From positions 10,327-74,326 of the forward strand of contig CADAPG010000002.1 in assembly GCA_902789675.1 (NCBI GenBank): a stretch of DNA of 64,000 nt. Direction: 5' to 3'. Under the pieces are notes generated by a model, which saw only the letters and a program-made list of their open reading frames with translations, searched no databases and was not told where the DNA came from. Every line of letters starts with the position of its first letter. Within the stretch, counting starts at the first letter, position 1. Made by a program: the position numbers and the translations under genes. Of this stretch, positions 17,492-26,367 are shown in pieces. Source of the stretch: an uncultured Eubacteriales bacterium (GTDB lineage Bacteria > Bacillota > Clostridia > Christensenellales > CAG-138).

Positions 17492-18276
17492 AGCTCCTTG
17501 CGCTCGACATCGACGACACGCTGGTTTCGACCGGAAAGCTTCCGAGCGAGCGGCTGAAAAAGGCGATCCGGCTTGCGGAATCGCACGGCGTCACCGTCGT
17601 CCTTGCAACGGGGCGCGGCTTTCTCGGATCGAAACAGATCCGCGAATCGCTTTCGGTTTACGGTCCGCTGATCCATTACGGCGGCGCGGTCGTCTCCGAC
17701 GGAAGGACCGGAAAGCATCTCTACGAGAATTATCTTCGACCGGAGGACGTCGTCACGGCGTTCGCGATCGCCGACGCGTTCGAAATTCATGCACAGATCT
17801 ATGAGGAGGACACGGTCATCTTCCGCAAGGCGAACGACTTCACGAGGCGGTATACAGGCATCCTGAACCTGCCATTCATCGAGGATCCGAACCTTCTCTA
17901 TCGTCCGCTCGACAACATCCCGAAGGTGCTGTATGCAGTTGATACGGCAAGGGAAGCCGAACTCTGTCGCGAGATCCGCGCGCTGCTGCCGAAGCATATC
18001 TCCGTTCTCTGCTCAAAGCCGGGATTCATCGAGATCGGCTCGGTTTCATCGACCAAGGGAAAGGCACTCGAGAAAGTTGCGGCGATGCTCAATATCCCGC
18101 GCGGGGAGGTCACCGCGATCGGCGACAACACGCTCGATCTCGACATGATCGAATGGGCGGGCACCGGCGTGTGCGTTGCAAACGCCAATGCGCTGGTAAA
18201 AGAAAAAGCCGATCTTGTGATCGGCGCCTGCGACGACGACGGCGTCGCGGAATATCTGGAAAAAATGTATCTTTGA
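17488..18276 (+). CDS. Cof-type HAD-IIB hydrolase
   Basis: Motifs LALDIDDTL, ATGR and GDNTLDLDMIEWAG. ATGA overlap with folC. Confidence 0.85.
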   Translation: MKLLALDIDDTLVSTGKLPSERLKKAIRLAESHGVTVVLATGRGFLGSKQIRESLSVYGPLIHYGGAVVSDGRTGKHLYENYLRPEDVVTAFAIADAFEIHAQIYEEDTVIFRKANDFTRRYTGILNLPFIEDPNLLYRPLDNIPKVLYAVDTAREAELCREIRALLPKHISVLCSKPGFIEIGSVSSTKGKALEKVAAMLNIPRGEVTAIGDNTLDLDMIEWAGTGVCVANANALVKEKADLVIGACDDDGVAEYLEKMYL

Positions 18277-18296
18277 AAGGCGCGCAGCGCCTTTTT
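18276..18296 (+). terminator. intrinsic terminator
   Basis: AAAGGCGC-GCA-GCGCCTTT hairpin followed by T-run. Confidence 0.75.
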
Positions 18297-18371
18297 GTTT
18301 ACATGGATAACACACGAATGTTGCATCTTTGCGGTAAAATATGACAAAGATAAAGGATGGGGGATATTGCA

Positions 18372-19004
18372 ATGAAACGGATTCTGCAAACGGCGGCATT
18401 TTGCTTGACGGTCCTGTTCCTGCTTTGTCTGTTCGGATGCGGCGATGACGGACGTGTATTTGTGATCAAAGGCAATTCTATGTCTGACGGGACGGTCACT
18501 TATGTCAGATTCCCCGAAAAGTGGTATTATTTCGGCAAATATTCCTATCGAATCGGAACTGTACAGGAAGGAAATGCATTGCTTGCATCTGATGAGGAGG
18601 GAACATTTGTACGTGAACGAAAACCGCTGCTCGCAGACATGGAGTATGCGCCTTGGGTGCGGTCGGATTTTCGGTTCCCGGTTCTGTATGAGGAATCTGA
18701 TGAAATGGATATTGAGATCTCAATATACAGACAGCAGGGCACGCTGATCCTGTCGGAACAGGCAAAATCCGAGTTTATCGAATGGGCAGGAAAAGTTGAA
18801 TCCGGCGAAATACGAAACAAAGGCAAAAACTACGGACAGTCGTTTGCTTCCGTTTATTATTCATTTCCGAGTATTCCGAACTTAAGATATGATCCTAAAT
18901 ATCACCTGATACACGGTTACGCAGGCATCGTCGTTGTAGATTCATCCGGAAATGTGATCGGAACTTTCGGTTCCGATACCGCTTTCTGCAAGGAAATCGC
19001 ATAA
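18372..19004 (+). CDS. hypothetical lipoprotein (low-GC gene)
   Basis: MKRILQTAAFCLTVLFLLCLFGCGDD carries a signal peptide with the lipobox LFGC. GC content is clearly lower than in the flanks. Confidence 0.7.
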   Translation: MKRILQTAAFCLTVLFLLCLFGCGDDGRVFVIKGNSMSDGTVTYVRFPEKWYYFGKYSYRIGTVQEGNALLASDEEGTFVRERKPLLADMEYAPWVRSDFRFPVLYEESDEMDIEISIYRQQGTLILSEQAKSEFIEWAGKVESGEIRNKGKNYGQSFASVYYSFPSIPNLRYDPKYHLIHGYAGIVVVDSSGNVIGTFGSDTAFCKEIA

Positions 19005-19037
19005 AGGCAGAACAGGCGATTGTCTGCAGAACCGTTT

Positions 19038-19919
19038 TTATAATTCCACATGATCCGAAAACGGAGGGGTGAAGGAGCGCCCGACGCTTGTCAGATCCTG
19101 TGTGTAAACATCCGTGAAGCCGAGTGAAATGCAGTATTCGAGCGCGTTCTCGTATTCGCGCTGCGTCAGCGGACGGTCCAAAGGCTTCACCGTGCATGCG
19201 GGGATCGGCGTGAACTGCGACATCAGCGAGATCGGACAGTCGGCGCCGAACCGCGCCTTGATCGCGTCAAGCACGTTGCGCGTATCGAACACGCATCCGG
19301 GCAGCACAAGATGCCGGATGCGAACGCCCTTGAAAGCGATCCCGTTTTCGTCCGTCTGCATAAACCCGACCTGGTCGATCATCTCCGCGATCGCTTCGAT
19401 CGCCGTATCGAAGTAGTCCGATGCGCGGGAGAATTTCAGCGACAGCCGCGGATCGACGTACTTGAGATCGGGCAGATAGATATCGACAAGACCCTGATAC
19501 GCTTTGATCGTATCGACGGTTTCATACGCGTTTGTATTGTACACGACGGGAATGCGGAGCCCGTCGTTTTTTGCAAGCCGCAGCGCTTCGACGATCGCGT
19601 CGCGGTGCGGCGTCGGCGTGACAAGGTTGATGTTGTGCGCGCCGAGCGCCTGAAGCTTCAGCATGGTTTCCGCAAGGCGGGGGACGGAGAAGACTTCGCC
19701 GAGCTTTCCGTCGGTCAGAACCATGTTCTGACAAAAGATGCACTTCAGATTGCAGCCGGAGAAAAAGATCGTGCCGCTGCCGTGCGTGCCGCTGATCGAA
19801 GGCTCCTCGTCAAAATGCAGCGCCGCGCGCGCGACGCGGACAACGGAAGAACAGCCGCAGAATCCGGCTGCGGCTGTTCGGTCGATTTTGCAGTTTCTGG
19901 GGCAGATATTACATGCCAT
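19038..19919 (-). CDS. radical SAM protein (PflX / PFL-activase-related)
   Basis: CNLKCIFCQN (CxxxCxxC). The ATG at 19919 is preferred over the TTG at 19922 used by the track. Confidence 0.8.
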   Translation of the reverse strand: MACNICPRNCKIDRTAAAGFCGCSSVVRVARAALHFDEEPSISGTHGSGTIFFSGCNLKCIFCQNMVLTDGKLGEVFSVPRLAETMLKLQALGAHNINLVTPTPHRDAIVEALRLAKNDGLRIPVVYNTNAYETVDTIKAYQGLVDIYLPDLKYVDPRLSLKFSRASDYFDTAIEAIAEMIDQVGFMQTDENGIAFKGVRIRHLVLPGCVFDTRNVLDAIKARFGADCPISLMSQFTPIPACTVKPLDRPLTQREYENALEYCISLGFTDVYTQDLTSVGRSFTPPFSDHVEL

Positions 19920-21418
19920 CAATCAAATACGCGTCTCCCGCATACAAAGTTGCGATACCAGTAAGCGGAGAAGGAGCTTTGCACGACCTGTCCCTTGCTG
20001 GAGCTCGCATGGATGAATTTCTTGCCGCCGATATAGATCGCGGCATGATTGACCTTTGAACTGGAATCGCTCTTGAAGAACAGGAGATCGCCCTTTTGGA
20101 GATCGTCCACGGAATCGATCCGCGTCCAGCTGTCGTTGTTGGAATACGTATATGCGTTGCGCCGGCTGACCTTTACGCCGCTTTTGTTCAGGCAGTAGTA
20201 TACGAGACCGGAACAATCGAACGAATCCGGACCTTCGTCGCCGAGCACATAGGGATCGCCGAGCTGATCCTGTGCGCATTTGACGACTCCGTTGACGCTG
20301 TGTTCATAGCTTGAATTGCCCGACGACGGTTTGGGCGTCGCGGTCGGCTTCGGCGTCGCGGTCGGCTTGGGCGTCTTCGTCGGCTTCGGGGTCTTCGTGG
20401 GCTTGGGCGTCTTCGTCGGCTTCGGCGTCTTGGTCGGTTTGGGCGTCGGAGTCTTAGTGGGCTTCGGCGTCTTCGTCGGCTTGGGCGTCGGCGTCTTGGT
20501 GGGCTTCGGCGTCTTGGTCGGCTTGGGCGTCGGCGTCTTGGTGGGCTTCGGCGTCTTGGTAGGTTTCGGCGTCTTGGTCGGCTTGGGCGTCGTTTTCGAA
20601 GATCTGTTGATGGTGACGCCGTTGTGGTCCTCGCCTTCAAGATCATCATCGAGCGCCGTCAGCATAAGATCGGACAGGTCGTCCGGCGCAGGGATCGCAT
20701 CGTCGGAATAGAGCAGATCCCAATCGTCCCGCGTGATCTGACCGTCGGCTTCATAGTCGTTCTGCAGCTGAAACAGCATCACGGCTTCTTCGGTCTTGGG
20801 ACCGTAATAGCCGGTAATGCGGTCGTTGTAATACCCGAGCGCGCTGAGCTGACGCTGCACGCTTCTGACGTCGGCGCCGTTGTCGTTCAGCTTGATCCGG
20901 TATTCGAGCGCATCCTCATGAAAGAGAATCTCCTGCAGAGCGGCGGATGCAACGCCGTTCTGTTCCGTATCGTTTGCACGCTGGAACAGCGTGACCGCGT
21001 TTTTTGTGGATTCGTTGTATAGCGTTCCCGGCTCGTCCGCTTCCATGTAGCCGAGCTCCATCAGTCTTTTCTGCAGCGCACAGACGGATGCGTTGTCATC
21101 GTTGAGCTGCAGCGTGGAGTAATCCGAAATCACGATCCGGTTGTCGGAAGGTGCGGGCGCGGGGACCTCGGTCGGCGTAAGAAGGGCAGGGGCAGGGCTT
21201 GGCGTCACACCGCGAAGCGCAACGGCGTCCTCTTTCGTCGTCAGATATTCGGACTCCCTGTTGGCGGAGGGAAACGGTGAGATCTCACGATCGCGGAGGA
21301 TCAGAAACAGTCCGACGCCGCAAAACACCGCTGCAAGCGCAAGCGCGATCACGATGCGCAGCGCGATCGGCATGGATCTGCGCTTCTTTCCGGGAAGTAA
21401 TTTGACCTGGTTATCCAT
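19919..21418 (-). CDS. membrane-anchored NlpC/P60 peptidoglycan hydrolase with two PG-binding-like repeats and a long KPTKTP linker
   Basis: N-terminal TM helix. Two PG-binding-like motifs are present (LQKRLMELGY, VQRQLSALGY). The C-terminal NlpC/P60 domain has the catalytic-Cys context DCSGLVYY. Confidence 0.85.
   Translation of the reverse strand: MDNQVKLLPGKKRRSMPIALRIVIALALAAVFCGVGLFLILRDREISPFPSANRESEYLTTKEDAVALRGVTPSPAPALLTPTEVPAPAPSDNRIVISDYSTLQLNDDNASVCALQKRLMELGYMEADEPGTLYNESTKNAVTLFQRANDTEQNGVASAALQEILFHEDALEYRIKLNDNGADVRSVQRQLSALGYYNDRITGYYGPKTEEAVMLFQLQNDYEADGQITRDDWDLLYSDDAIPAPDDLSDLMLTALDDDLEGEDHNGVTINRSSKTTPKPTKTPKPTKTPKPTKTPTPKPTKTPKPTKTPTPKPTKTPKPTKTPTPKPTKTPKPTKTPKPTKTPKPTKTPKPTATPKPTATPKPSSGNSSYEHSVNGVVKCAQDQLGDPYVLGDEGPDSFDCSGLVYYCLNKSGVKVSRRNAYTYSNNDSWTRIDSVDDLQKGDLLFFKSDSSSKVNHAAIYIGGKKFIHASSSKGQVVQSSFSAYWYRNFVCGRRVFD
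20327..20593 (-). repeat. in-frame tandem repeat (18-nt unit, about 15 copies) encoding (T)PKPTKTP
   Basis: Near-identical GGCTT[CG]GGCGTCTT[CG]GT[CG] units are read directly from the sequence. They correspond to aa 276-364 of the P60 protein. Confidence 0.9.
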
Positions 21419-21542
21419 CGTTCGACTCCTTTCTTGATTATATTATAGCATACTATATGTAACAGAATCTTGAAATTTTTAAGAATTATTTCCCAATAAC
21501 AGGAGTTTGTGCTATACTATTGATGAAAATGAGGATAAAAAT

Positions 21543-23468
21543 ATGTCTTTATTGTATGTTGACAGTCTCAAAAAGACCTTTGCGGACAGAACGCTGTTTT
21601 CGGACGTATCCTTTGAGATCCGTCCGGGAGAGCGCGTCGGACTCATCGGCGTAAACGGCAGCGGAAAAACGACGCTCATGCGGATCCTGACGGGAAAGGA
21701 ACCGTACGACGGCGGGTCCTTCGGCATGCGCCAGGGAACGAAGCTTTCCTATGTGGAACAGATCCCGAAGCTTGACGAGAAGACCGATCTGTATACCTTT
21801 ACGCTGGAAGCCTTCCGCCCGCTTCTCGATCTGGAAGCCGAGGAGGAGCGGATCCTTGAAAAGCTCGAACGCGGCGAGGGCGACCGGGACAGGCTCATCA
21901 AGCGCCAGGCGATCGTCGTCGATACGCTTTCGCACGAGGGGGGCACGACCTTCCGCGCACTGACGCGCTCCGCGCTTTTGGGGCTCGGCTTTTCGGAAGC
22001 GGATCTTTCGCGTCCGGTCACGCAGTTTTCCGGCGGGCAGATCGGCAAGGCGATGCTTGCCCGCGCGATCCTCTCAAAGGCGGATCTGCTTCTTTTGGAC
22101 GAACCGACCAACAACCTCGACGTCACCGCGATCCGGTGGCTGACCGAATACCTCCGGCAGTTCAAGGGCGCCGTGCTCGTCGTATCGCACGACCGCGCGT
22201 TTCTGGATGACACGGTAACGCGTATGCTCGAACTGCAGCACGGACGCATCCGCGGCACGGACGGGAACTATTCCCGCTATATGGAGCTGAAGCTCGACGA
22301 GCGCGAGCTCGCGCAGAAGATCTATCTGCGCAAGCAAAAGGAGATCAAGCGCATTCAGGGCATCATCGACCAGCAGAAGCGTTGGAACCAGGAGCACAAC
22401 TATGTGACGATCGCGTCCAAGCAGAAGCAGATCGACCGCATCAAAGAGGATATGGTCGAGCCGGAGCGCGACGAAAAATCCATCGTATTCCGGTTCCCGA
22501 CCCCGGCGCCGACCGGCAACGAGGTGATCGGGCTGTACGATCTCGGCATGCGCTTCGGCGAACACCGGCTGTTTTCGCACCTGAACGGCATGATCCGGGC
22601 GGGGCAGTGCGTGTGCCTGATCGGCGCGAACGGCTGCGGCAAGACGACGCTTCTCCGGATCCTGACCGGCAGCGAACGGCAGACGGAGGGAACATATAAG
22701 ATCGGCGCGGGCGTACGGATCGGCTACTTTGCGCAGAATACATATGAACTGAACGAAGCGAACACCGTGATCGAAGAGCTGGACGCGGCGTTCCCCCTGA
22801 TCGAGCGCAACACGCTGCGCGGCTATCTCGGCATGTTCCTGTTCAAATACGACGACATCGACAAGCGCATCGGCACACTTTCCGGCGGGGAAAAGACAAG
22901 GATCCGGCTTCTGAAGCTTGTGCTGTCCGGCGCGAACGTGCTGCTTTTGGACGAGCCGACAAACCACCTCGACATCGCGTCCGCGGAAATGCTCGAAAGC
23001 GCGCTGGAGAAGTTCACCGGAACGGTGCTGATCGTTACGCACGACCGGTATCTGGTGCGGCGGCTTGCGGACCGCGTGATCCTGATGACGGAGGACGGGC
23101 TCGTTGAACAGCGCGACGAAGAAGAGGACCTCTTCGAACGCATCGTGGAACGCAGACCCGAAAAGGAAACGGTCGAAAATCCCGCGGAGCGGGACAATCT
23201 GTATTTCCGGCGCAGGGAAGCGAAACAGCTTCGCGCAAAGGCAAAGCAGGAGATCCACCGCATCGAACGGCTGATCGAGGAGAACGAGACCGCGAAGCGT
23301 CAGGCGGAGCGGGAGCTTTCGGACGCGCAGGCGGGGAACGATTACCGTCGGATGCAGCAATTATATGAGACCGTCTCGTCGCTCGAGGCGGAGGAGACAA
23401 CGCTTTACGACCGGCTGGAACAGGCGGAGAACGTCCTTTCCGGCTTAGAAACGGAGGAAGAGGTATGA
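21543..23468 (+). CDS. ABC-F family ATPase (soluble, two ABC cassettes, C-terminal coiled coil)
   Basis: Start MSLLYVDSLKK with a GAGGA RBS. Walker A motifs are GVNGSGKTT and GANGCGKTT, and signatures are FSGGQ and LSGGE. There are no TM segments. Confidence 0.9.
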   Translation: MSLLYVDSLKKTFADRTLFSDVSFEIRPGERVGLIGVNGSGKTTLMRILTGKEPYDGGSFGMRQGTKLSYVEQIPKLDEKTDLYTFTLEAFRPLLDLEAEEERILEKLERGEGDRDRLIKRQAIVVDTLSHEGGTTFRALTRSALLGLGFSEADLSRPVTQFSGGQIGKAMLARAILSKADLLLLDEPTNNLDVTAIRWLTEYLRQFKGAVLVVSHDRAFLDDTVTRMLELQHGRIRGTDGNYSRYMELKLDERELAQKIYLRKQKEIKRIQGIIDQQKRWNQEHNYVTIASKQKQIDRIKEDMVEPERDEKSIVFRFPTPAPTGNEVIGLYDLGMRFGEHRLFSHLNGMIRAGQCVCLIGANGCGKTTLLRILTGSERQTEGTYKIGAGVRIGYFAQNTYELNEANTVIEELDAAFPLIERNTLRGYLGMFLFKYDDIDKRIGTLSGGEKTRIRLLKLVLSGANVLLLDEPTNHLDIASAEMLESALEKFTGTVLIVTHDRYLVRRLADRVILMTEDGLVEQRDEEEDLFERIVERRPEKETVENPAERDNLYFRRREAKQLRAKAKQEIHRIERLIEENETAKRQAERELSDAQAGNDYRRMQQLYETVSSLEAEETTLYDRLEQAENVLSGLETEEEV

Positions 23469-24940
23469 TCTGGCATTATTTTCCGATCGGGATGCGGTTT
23501 CCCGTTTCCGATTTTTCCGAAGAAACGCGCCGTGCCTGCTGGCGGATCGCGCTTTCGGCGGCGTATGCTTCGGACCCCTGCGGCACCGGACTGTATGAAG
23601 CGTGCGAATCGTTCGATCCGATCGCGCAGAGCCCGGTCTATACCTGCATCGTCTGTTACGTCGGGATCAAGCAATCCCGCGCGGCTGGCAAAACGATGCA
23701 CGCGCTCGACGGGCTGATGACGCGGCTGTGCCTCGTGGACCCGCTCGTGCAGGCGAACCACCTCGAAAGCTTCGGCCCGTATCCGATCCTTGCGGAGATC
23801 GACGCGGCGGGGAAGATCGTTCCGAACGAACAGGGCGCGGCGTTCCTGCCGACGGAGCCGATCGAGCCGATGCAGCCGGCTTCCGGCTGGACGCTTCTGC
23901 TTGCGCCGGATTCGATGCAGGGAATCTGCAATGCGGAAACGCTGACGCGGATCCTCGGTACGGCGGCTGCGGAGCACGGACTGTGCGTGCGCAGAATGCC
24001 CGTTGCGGACGGCGGCGAAGGAACGGTGCGCGCGCTGATCGCGGGGACCGGCGGGCGGCATGAATCCGTCGTCTGCGAGGACCTGAACGGCGAACGCGTG
24101 AACATGACGGTCGGCGTGATCCCCGGACCGATCGCGGTGATCGAAGCCGCGGATGCGGCAGGCGCCGCACGGATCGGCGAACAGACGCCGCCGATCGAAA
24201 AACGGTCGAGCTTTGCCGTCGGCATGCTGATCAAAAAGACGCTGGACCTCGGTTATCGGAAGATCTGGATCGGCGTCGGCGATACCGTGACGGAAGATCT
24301 CGGGCTCGGCGCGCTTTCCGCGCTCGGCGTCCGGTTCTTCGATCGGGACGGAGCACCCGTTGCGCCGTGTCCGGAAAACCTTGCCGCGATCGAACAGATC
24401 GATTTCAGCGAACTGGATCCGCGGATCGCGCATACGGAGCTTACGGTCCTTGCCGACGTCGGCACGGCGTCGGAGCGGAACGAGACGGCGGATCCCGAAA
24501 CGGAGCGGCTTGCACGGCTGCTCGGCGTCGATCCGGACGCACCGGGCAGCGGCGGGCTCGGCTTTGCGCTTGCCGCGATCGGCGGGAAGCCCGTAAGCGG
24601 CGCGGATCGGATCCTCGAGCGCATCGGCTTCGGCTTTGCGATGCGCGACGCGGATTTCGTGATCGCCGGAGGAGGCGCGTTCGACGCGCAGAGCATTCGT
24701 CTGCGCAAAGCGCCTGCGGCGGTCCTCGAACGTCTCTTCGAAGGGGACAGACCGGGCTGTTTGTTCGTCGGAAACGCCGACCTCGACACGGAAGCGTTTC
24801 TGCGCGAGCATGCGGCGCTCAAGGGCATCGTGACGTGCCCGCTTTCCGACGAGCCGTATGCGGACGCCGCGGTGCGCGCGTTTGTGCACACGGTACTGCC
24901 GATGATCGGAAAAGACGTTGCCAATATCAGGGCAATATGA
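23465..24940 (+). CDS. divergent glycerate kinase-family protein with a roughly 140-aa N-terminal extension
   Basis: ATGA overlap with the ABC-F gene. The core has LLLAPDSMQG...PVADGGEGTV...FVIAGGGAFDAQS, which resembles glycerate kinase motifs, but some conserved residues are replaced. Confidence 0.6.
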   Translation: MIWHYFPIGMRFPVSDFSEETRRACWRIALSAAYASDPCGTGLYEACESFDPIAQSPVYTCIVCYVGIKQSRAAGKTMHALDGLMTRLCLVDPLVQANHLESFGPYPILAEIDAAGKIVPNEQGAAFLPTEPIEPMQPASGWTLLLAPDSMQGICNAETLTRILGTAAAEHGLCVRRMPVADGGEGTVRALIAGTGGRHESVVCEDLNGERVNMTVGVIPGPIAVIEAADAAGAARIGEQTPPIEKRSSFAVGMLIKKTLDLGYRKIWIGVGDTVTEDLGLGALSALGVRFFDRDGAPVAPCPENLAAIEQIDFSELDPRIAHTELTVLADVGTASERNETADPETERLARLLGVDPDAPGSGGLGFALAAIGGKPVSGADRILERIGFGFAMRDADFVIAGGGAFDAQSIRLRKAPAAVLERLFEGDRPGCLFVGNADLDTEAFLREHAALKGIVTCPLSDEPYADAAVRAFVHTVLPMIGKDVANIRAI

Positions 24941-24976
24941 TATAATCAAATATCTGCTTGAAGGAGGACAAATCGC

Positions 24977-26296
24977 ATGCGCATGGTCGATCTGATTGAA
25001 AAGAAGGTAAACGGCGGAACGCTTTCCGGCGACGAGATCCGCTATATCGTCAACGGCTTCACGGACGGCTCCATTCCGGATTATCAGATGTCCGCGTTCC
25101 AGATGGCGGTCGTGTTCAACGGCATGACCAACCGCGAGACTGCGGATCTCACGATGGCGATGATGCATTCCGGCGAGGTCGTGGATCTTTCCGACCTGCG
25201 CGGCGTGAAGGTCGACAAGCATTCCACCGGCGGCGTGGGCGACACGACGACGCTCGTGATCGCGCCGCTCGTTGCGGCTTGCGGCGGCACGGTGGCAAAG
25301 ATGAGCGGCAGAGGGCTCGGGCACACGGGCGGCACGCTCGACAAGCTCGAATCGATCCCCGGCGTCTGCATCGAGCAGCCGATGGAGCGGTTCAAGGAGA
25401 TCGTGAACGACATCGGCGTCGCGGTCATCGGACAGACCGGCAACCTTGTTCCCGCCGACAAAAAGATGTACGCCCTGCGCGACGTCACGGCGACCGTGCG
25501 CAGCATCCCGCTGATCGCTTCGAGCATCATGTCCAAGAAGCTTGCGGCGGGCACCGACGCGATCGTGCTCGACGTCAAGACCGGCACCGGCGCGTTCATG
25601 ACCACGGTCGACGAAGCCGAAAAGCTTGCGCATCTGATGGTTTCCATCGGCAAGCTCGTCGGACGCGAGTGCGTGGCGGTCATCACCGACATGAATCAGC
25701 CGCTGGGTCTTGCGGTCGGCAACGCGCTCGAGGTGCGCGAGGCGGTCGAGCTGCTTTCCGAAAAGATCCCCGCCGGCGATCCGCTGTATGAAGTCTGCAT
25801 GCTGCTGGGCGTTCACATGATGCGCCTGTCCAAGCTTGCGGCAACCGAAGTCGAAGCGCGCGAAAAGCTCGAATCCGCGCTGCATTCCGGCGCGGGGCTC
25901 AGGAAGCTGCGCGAGATGATCGCGGCGGAGGGCGGCGACGCGTCCTATATCGGGCTCGACCGCATCGACGAGCTCTGCAAAGTAAAGACGGTCCTGAACG
26001 TTTATCCGAAGCGCGCGGGCTATATCTCCTCGATGAACGCGGAGCGCATCGGCACCGCGGCGCAGATCCTCGGCGCGGGCCGCGCCACGAAGGAGGAGAG
26101 CATCGACCCGGCGGTCGGACTCGTCATGAAGAAGCGTCTCGGCGATTTTATCCGCGCCGACGAACCGCTGTGCGTGATGTACGTGAACGACGAGACCAAG
26201 CTGAACGCCGCGCTTGAAATGTTCCACAGCGCGTTCGAGTATTCCGACGCAAAGCCGGACTACCGCCCGATGGTGTACGACGTCGTCCGCGCGTAA
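24977..26296 (+). CDS. pdp: pyrimidine-nucleoside (thymidine) phosphorylase
   Basis: 439 aa with motifs KHSTGGVGD and SGRGLGHTGGTLDKLE. Confidence 0.95.
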   Translation: MRMVDLIEKKVNGGTLSGDEIRYIVNGFTDGSIPDYQMSAFQMAVVFNGMTNRETADLTMAMMHSGEVVDLSDLRGVKVDKHSTGGVGDTTTLVIAPLVAACGGTVAKMSGRGLGHTGGTLDKLESIPGVCIEQPMERFKEIVNDIGVAVIGQTGNLVPADKKMYALRDVTATVRSIPLIASSIMSKKLAAGTDAIVLDVKTGTGAFMTTVDEAEKLAHLMVSIGKLVGRECVAVITDMNQPLGLAVGNALEVREAVELLSEKIPAGDPLYEVCMLLGVHMMRLSKLAATEVEAREKLESALHSGAGLRKLREMIAAEGGDASYIGLDRIDELCKVKTVLNVYPKRAGYISSMNAERIGTAAQILGAGRATKEESIDPAVGLVMKKRLGDFIRADEPLCVMYVNDETKLNAALEMFHSAFEYSDAKPDYRPMVYDVVRA

Positions 26297-26367
26297 CGGA
26301 ATTATAAAAACTGATCGAAGGAAGACGGCGCACCCGGTTCGGGCGTGCCGTTTCGGAAAGAGGAATC

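Noticed and set aside
20327-20593. Regular short repeats that could superficially resemble a CRISPR array
   Set aside because: The units are contiguous 18-nt repeats without spacers. They are in frame inside a P60 hydrolase gene and encode KPTKTP, and there are no cas genes.
21419-21542. Antibiotic-responsive leader or attenuator upstream of the ABC-F gene (as in ARE ABC-F resistance genes)
   Set aside because: The AT-rich spacer contains only an extended -10 promoter and the RBS. There is no leader peptide and no terminator/antiterminator, so nothing supports a resistance-type regulated ABC-F.
23405-26227. 940-aa ORF on the minus strand spanning the glycerate-kinase-like and pdp genes
   Set aside because: It is an Arg/Ala/His/Asp-rich shadow ORF antisense to genes with clear family motifs, which is typical of high-GC DNA. 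It has no RBS and no recognisable domain.
26297-26367. Hairpin ACGGCGCACCCG-GTT-CGGGCGTGCCGT after pdp as a terminator
   Set aside because: The stem has mismatches and no T-run follows it. It was left unannotated because the evidence for termination is insufficient.
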